From the NCBI RefSeq assembly GCF_036321535.1, contig NC_087438.1, positions 79,980,001 to 80,044,000 of the forward strand: DNA of 64,000 nt, given 5' to 3'. A program made the translations under genes and the position numbers. The stretch is from Camelus dromedarius (taxonomy: Eukaryota). Positions 57,640 through 64,000 of the stretch are shown piece by piece. The notes beneath the pieces were generated by a model. That model ran no database searches. It was given only the letters and a program-made list of their open reading frames with translations, and was not told the origin of the DNA. How positions within the stretch are numbered: the stretch's first letter is position 1; each line of letters opens with the position of its first letter.

Positions 57640-58145
57640 GCAGGAGTCATAGTTCTTTCAGTTCAGATGTGGTTGTGGTTACAGGGCGCCAACTTCTGTA
57701 GCAGCTTGCACACGCCGGTGTGGCTCTGCTGGCTCTCCCAGGTGGTGCGGGGCAGCGCCTGGCTCTGCAGATCCCCCAGCTCCCACCAGATCTCCTGCAG
57801 CCTCTCCCAGGCCTGGGCCAGGAAAGCCCCCGCTTCTCCTGCAGGTCACCCGCAGCACCGAGGTGCAGAGACATTGAGCAGGATCTCCTTGGGTTCCAGG
57901 TATCATGTGAGTCTCAGATCCTCTACATAGGTTCCAGTTTGTCCTTGTGGGTTCCACCCATATTCGCTTCTCAACCAATGGTGTGGCTGACCCAGAGTGA
58001 CTGCCAATCCGACGCGAGACACGGAAGCAGCGGGCTGCATAGACTGCCTCTCTCCACTGCAGACGGTCTGACTCCCTCAGACTCTAACGAACCCTGTTCT
58101 AAATCACCCAGAGTGGATCTGCTTCTCTGATCAAACCCTGCCTGA
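57640..58145 (+). mobile_element. ERVL-class LTR (MER74/76/77-like)
   Basis: GGTTCCAGTTTGTCCTTGTGGGTTCC and the end GTGGATCTGCTTCTCTGATCAAACCCTGCCTGA resemble ERVL LTR 3' ends. Confidence 0.55.
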
Positions 58146-60559
58146 CCCAGTGAGTGCAGCAGATGACATCTGCCTCATCATGTGCAGGTTCGGTGGTGGC
58201 ACCTTGTCTAAGAGACATATGCAAATGATAGGGAGAGGCACCCACCTCTCGTCTCTTTCCAGGGCTGTTGAGGCCAGGCTTGGGGTTGATGGAGAGGCGG
58301 TAGGATTTGTGTGTATGACCACGACTGGAGGAACAACCTGCTCATCACAGATTGGGCACCATGGAGACGCAAGGTGACTTCCGCTTGCTTCGCCGGACTG
58401 CAGGGATGCAGCAGGTTCCTTTCAGTCCAGCAGACGATCGCTTGGCTTCTGTGAACTGGCAGTGGGAAGAGGTCCCAGGGAATCCCATTTCCCCCATTTA
58501 GGGGATGCATTTACCTACAAAGGGCCACCACAGCTGTACTTGGTCTTTGAATGATGTGGCCCAGGACCGGGTGGGAGGAGGGGGTGTTGCACACGTGTCC
58601 CCTCGGGAGCAGCACTGGACCTGTGGCTCCTGCATCACACGGGGGCTGACCCACAGCCATCACTGAGCATCAGGGCAGCGCAGATCTAAGGAGGGATGAG
58701 ATGAGCAGAAACATACACGCTGGAAGTAAAACACACAACAGTGTACATATTCACATGAGGAAAACACGGGGCCATGGAGAAGGAAGCGGAATGGAAACAG
58801 GGAGCCTCCCTGGGGGCGCACTTTTACAGAGTGAGAAACCAAAGCCTGGCTGTCTGTCACTGTGCAGAGTGCCGTCACTGTCTCATTCTTCCCACGCAAC
58901 GCTGCGCTATTTTGGGTTCTGTTATACCCCCCCCCCGCCACCACCTCAGTACGCCCGAGATGCCTGACAAATGAATGTGTAAGAAAATGCTTTCTTTTGC
59001 CCAGTTCAGATGGAGAATTTATTAGGGGAACACTACCTCCTCCTCTGTGCCGTCATGCTCTGCCCTGCGGAAGATTCCTGCCGAGTCCAGAAGCCCAGGG
59101 CACTTGCCTGATGTGGTCCTGTGCCCGAGACCTGAAGCCCTGTTGCTGTTTGCTAGGAAGACTCCTTTTCTTAGCCACAGATCTGAGGTGAACAGAGAAG
59201 AATGCCAGCCACCGTTTGCAAAGACCACATCCCTCCCCTCTCCCTGACACACAGTGTGCCAAAGATTTGTCTAATTTCCTTTGTTAGAAAAACGAAATAA
59301 GACAAAACCGGGAAAAAAAAAACCCACCAAAAAAACAAAAACAAAAGACTTGGAACTCTTTTGAGGACAAGGAAGGAGAAACCAGAGGAGGTGGAAACAT
59401 TCAATGTTATCTTCCTCCCATCTGTTCACCTAAGTGAGCTGTTTAATCAAATGAACAATTAAGTACTTGTATAAACCGGGAGACTGGCGATCACCCTCGT
59501 TCAGCCCACTCCTTCCTCACTGCCCTTCTTGGCCCGGCCCTCTCAGTTTCAGGGAGACTGAAACCTTCATCCCTTGTGAGCATCTTCCCACTCGGGGTGA
59601 GGGCAGAGCTGCAGGCTGGGCCCAGGCAGGCCCTGGTGCTCGGTAGCTCTCAGCCTGCACCACCCAGGCGAGTGTGGTGCCAGCTCTCCTTGGAGTAAAT
59701 TGCTCTGCCCACGACCCTGGGGCCGGGATAGCCCCCAGCAGAGTCCCAGAGGCCACGTTGTCTTGAGAATGCGATTTTCAGCAGTGGGACAAGCCGTGAA
59801 ACAGAAGGAAAGAAGGTACCAGCAGTCTCCAGCAGGGCATGCATTCCCCTGAGATTCAGGGCACAGGACATGGCTGGACACTGGTCACCGGTCAGCTTGA
59901 GCCCCCATCTGCGGAGATCAAGTCATTTCTCTCTGGAACTTGATGACACTTCACCTTAAAGAAAGGGAACTGAGCCAATTTGGGGCGTCAGCTTGGGCTT
60001 CATCTAACTGTGATAATAAAAAGTTACATTTCCCTAGGAGAGTTCTGCAGCGACAGCAGAAAGATGACTGCCTGGGTTTTAATGCTCCACTGACAATTAC
60101 CCCCAGCCCACCTCGTTCTCCTGGCACCCCCCCCCCCCACAAGGCAGATGCTTCTCCATCCTGCCATTTATATGTTTCTCTGTGAGGGACTGAGACATAA
60201 ATGAGACCTCCAGTGCTTGGAAGATTTATTTTGCAATATAAAATGCATGACCTCCTCTCTCTACACATTTTCCATCCTGCCTCACACGCCTCTCCTTTGA
60301 CTCTTCAGCTGGACGCTTTACTATTCCTATGTTTCTCTGTTGCTTCTAAGACCACATTGTTTCTACTTGAAAAACTCCTCCAATAGGACTAGTTTTCCAA
60401 ATTGATCCATTCGTGATGTGGACACAAATGCCAAATCCTTCATGAAGACCCCAGTGCCCCCGTTCCCCACCCAGGAGTGATCTCTGTCTCCTCCAGGTTT
60501 CTGTAGCTGTTTATTGTGACTGACTTTAGGGGTCCCGTTCATTTCTGCATGGTTCAGTG

Positions 60560-60790
60560 GTTATAGTGGTTGAGTATGTGGAGGCAGGTTTTCTGGGTGC
60601 ACACTCTGGCTTTGGTGTTTGTTGTGTGACCTTGGGTAAATTAACTAACCTTTCTGTGCATCAGTTTCTTCACCTATAAAATGAGATAATAATTAACTAC
60701 CATAGAGAACTGATGTGCAAATCGAATGAGCAAATCCGTGTTGACTGTGTAGAAAAGTGACTGGCAATGTTAGCTGGCTGCTGCTGCTGC
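60560..60790 (+). mobile_element. MIR SINE
   Basis: ATAGTGGTTGAG...TGTGTGACCTTGGGTAAATTAACTAACCTTTCTGTGCATCAGTTTCTTCACCTATAAAATGAGATAATAAT. Confidence 0.9.
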
Positions 60791-62984
60791 TGATTTTATC
60801 ATTATTATTATATCTTCTCTAGACTTTTTGACAGCAGGGGCCCATCTTACCCGTCTTTCTGCTCCACCACATGGCACTTCGCATTATCGACGCATGTTTA
60901 TTTACTCTGTATATTGACAGATGTTTATTTATAAATAAGTAGATGGCCCAAGAATAAATAAACCTTCCATTTCTTACACAGGGACCCCATTTTCCTCCAT
61001 TTGTTTTAAGGCACAGGGGACTTGATAAAACCGACTTAGACTTTAGATGACACTATCACCACATTTTCTTAAATGCAATAGATCAGATGAGCACCCTTTC
61101 CACGTCAGCGCGTCGGCCCCATGCTGTCGTTGCTCAGAGGCGGTATCAAGAGTCCGTAGCCCAAACCAAGCCTCCCAGCAACAGAGCGCTAAGAAACAAA
61201 CCAGCGCCAGGCCGAGGCTTGCCTGAGAGTGCCTGGCATCTGGCAGTCTTCCTTGGCCCGCTCTGCAGAGGTTGGCTTAGTATGGCCAGAGGTGCGTTCT
61301 AGGAGTAGAAATTGGTGACTCAGATGCACCTGGGATCTAGGAAGGGCCTTGGAGAAGCCATGGGATTTTTGTCATAGACATAGAGGGACCCTTCAAGTCG
61401 GGACAGATGTCTGCACACAAGTACTGCTGTCTGTTGTCCTCTGGATCTCTTTGTGAAGGGACCTGGTGGCTGGGCGCGGGCGGGAGGTGGGGAGAGAGGG
61501 TGGGGGTACTGGAGAACAATAACCACAGTGAAGATTACCAGGGAGAAAAAGGAGAGACTGCAATTTTGACATCTTTTTCCACTGCTGTTACCATGAACGA
61601 AACAACAGTGGAAACTGCCTGAAGTATTGATCACCTGAGAGGGAGGGAGGGAGAGGGAGGGACGGACGTGTGTGCCCAGACTCGCCAGGTAGGTGTGGCG
61701 GGCTGGACCCATCTGGGGATGCAGAGGAGGCAGGCGGCCAGGTGAACGTAGGTGATGGAGGTGTCACGGCATCTGAGTTATATTGAGGCGGTCATAGTCC
61801 TTCTTTTCTTTCTTGATGAAAAATCTGTAAGTTTTACACCGTGGCAGAGCAAATGGGACTATGACTGATGGTTCACAACTCATGTGGTTTGACAGGGGTT
61901 TCATGTGTCTCGCTGGCACAAGCTATACTGCACTCAGCTTCATGGAGAGACACACGGAGGGGAGGGGAGGTGCTGTGCCCGCTCCATCCTTGATGTCACG
62001 TTCATGGCAGATGTTTATTTCTTTAAATTCATTCACCCAACCAGAAAGCAATCTTTGAGCTGGGTGGGAGTCTCGAGATGCTTACAGAACTGTGTAGGAA
62101 GGACCAGGTGGACCCAGGAAATCTGACTTGGAGATGAGGAAGGAGAGGTCTTGAATAAATGAGAAGAGTCTGTAACACAGCAGAAAATTTCTGCATTATG
62201 TGATGTGTTCAACCTCAAATAACAGGCACCAGAGAACAGGGGTGTGTACACCCCACTGAGATGACATCTCCAGAAGGGGATCCAAGTAGAGCCCAAAGCG
62301 GCAGCCAGCCACCCCAGGGGCTGCATTTGGTCTGCTTTCCCACCCATGAATACAGCAGACTTCTGCTGAAAGCAAATACAATTACGTTGGTTTAAATAAT
62401 TTAAGGACCAAATAAAATATTCGTAGAGTCGGTTGGGGGGCGCGGTGGGCGCTGGCTGTACCTGTCTGATGCATCCTGCCCGCATATGTGGTGGTGAGGA
62501 GGGTATCCTCAACATGTCCAGGGACAATGAGGCCACTACAGCTTGACTTCCCTTCCTGCCCAGGACAGTGGGAAGGGACTTGTGTCAGGGCTGAGCTGTG
62601 TGGCAGTCAGAAAACTCCGCATGACCTCCTTGGGCAGGCCCTTTGCTCCCAGACTTGAAGTCAAGGTTGGGTTGTGTTCAGCTTGTGCTGGGAGCTTCCC
62701 ACTCGTGGGGTGGAGGCTCCAGATTAGCGGGGGAGGGTGCCACATCCCATACTTTGGCCAAGCTCATCCCAAGGAACAATCCTTCTGATGGCCCGAAAGC
62801 TCTTCATCCAAGACGCAGGGTCCCTTCCTGGTCACAGTACAGCCAAGAGAAGACCCCAGGCCCTGTGGCCTCCTTGCCCCCAGCCCGGCAACCACTCCCA
62901 TGACCCTGAGGAGGTATCAGACAAGGCCATTGAAAGACCAACTGAATTGTTTCTTGCTTACTGGATGACAGATTCAGGTGGAAG

Positions 62985-63790
62985 GCAGAATGGAGGGGCG
63001 TCTGGCAATGCCCATCTGCATTTTAAAGGAATTTACCCTTGGACCTAGCAACCCCACTTCCGGGCATCTGTATGCAGACACACCCGTGGGTATGTTCAGT
63101 GCACGCACAAGGCTCTTCCCTGTGATAGTGCTATAGCCAAAGATGAGAATCAACCCAGGCATTCACTAGCAGGGAATTGGTCAATGGTGGTACATCTGCA
63201 CAATGGAGCGCCGCACCACAATAAAAAGGGACGAGGTGGATCTGTAGGAACTGATACGGGAATATCTCGAGGATGTATTGTAAAGTGAAAAAAAAAGCAA
63301 GGTGCAGAGCAGTGCCTGTTGTATACTGCTTTCTGTAATGGTGTTCCTCAGCCTTTTCTTCGTTATCTTCCCCCCCCAGAAGCCTGTTTAAGCTATTTTT
63401 CCTAATTGCCACCCCCATGAAAATTTACCACCATGTATATCTGTTTGTGTGCTGTATGTATAATGTATATGTGTGATTTATACATAAAAAGAGTAAGAAC
63501 TTTTCACTTCTGAAAACCAATTTTCACCCCCATGGGGGTGGTACCACCCTTGTTGAGAATGCCTGTTCAGTAAGAGAGGGAGGAAGTAAGTGTATCGGGC
63601 AACAAACAGGAAGGATACACTCGAAACTCATAGAGATGGTTGCCTGTAAGGAAGGGAGAGAGCAGGGAGCCGAGGGCGAAGGTGTGAGCAACATTTCTCC
63701 AGGGCTTCGCTTTTATTTTATTTTTGCTTCCAAGCTATGCAGATGTACTGCCTGTTCAAAAAGTTAAGTTGAAAGACATGAATTCATTTT
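62985..63790 (+). mobile_element. L1ME 3' fragment
   Basis: CCCTTGGACCTAGCAACCCCACTTCCGGGCATCT; TGGTACATCTGCACAATGGAG; GGATGTATTGTAAAGTGAAAAAAAAAGCAAGGTGCAGAGCAGTG. Confidence 0.8.
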
Positions 63791-64000
63791 TTTCTAAATT
63801 AAACAAACAAAACAAATGAAGGACATCTGAGGCACTGCCAAACCAAACACACACCCAGAACCTGCCGCTCTGTCAACACTCTTCTCCAGACCCCGCAGGG
63901 TCCTGCCCGGCGGGAGGCAGAGCCGGGTAGCCAGTAACCACCTGGGCACCTCCGCCCCTCAGCAGGCGACTTCTGTCCTCCCAGGTTTATTTTTCAGCAC

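Noticed and set aside
3108-64000. Search for SEMA6A exons, processed pseudogenes, structural RNA genes or CRISPR-like arrays
   Set aside because: No semaphorin-like peptide or other known protein in any frame, no rRNA/snRNA signature, and no regularly spaced direct repeats.

Overview
Mammalian genomic DNA, most likely camelid (alpaca/llama/camel), inferred from a tRNA-derived SINE of the Vic-1/ALPINE type at 43195-43325 plus artiodactyl-type Tigger and ERV1 repeats. The only protein-coding sequence I can support is the last two coding exons of COMMD10 on the + strand (2243-2302 SLEKVLVEFSHKELFDFYNK; 3069-3107 LETIQAQLDSLT*) and its 3' UTR. The remaining ~60 kb is non-coding: many MIR, L2, L1, MaLR, ERV-LTR and DNA-transposon fossils, a 175-N assembly gap, and repeat-poor stretches that may be enhancers. 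From recalled human synteny the next gene would be SEMA6A, but no SEMA6A exon is visible here. All other ORFs in the track look spurious or repeat-derived. I found no convincing new biological system. The most unexplained structure is a 36-bp perfect (about 57-bp imperfect) inverted repeat of non-repeat sequence around a 1.5-kb spacer (30739-32376). Other leads are candidate cryptic COMMD10 exons, LTR-borne NF-kB and RFX sites, a tail-less L1 ORF2 insertion, and an apparent AT-to-GC shift that also affects ancient repeats in the right half. Repeat family names come from recalled consensus sequences and most repeat boundaries are approximate.
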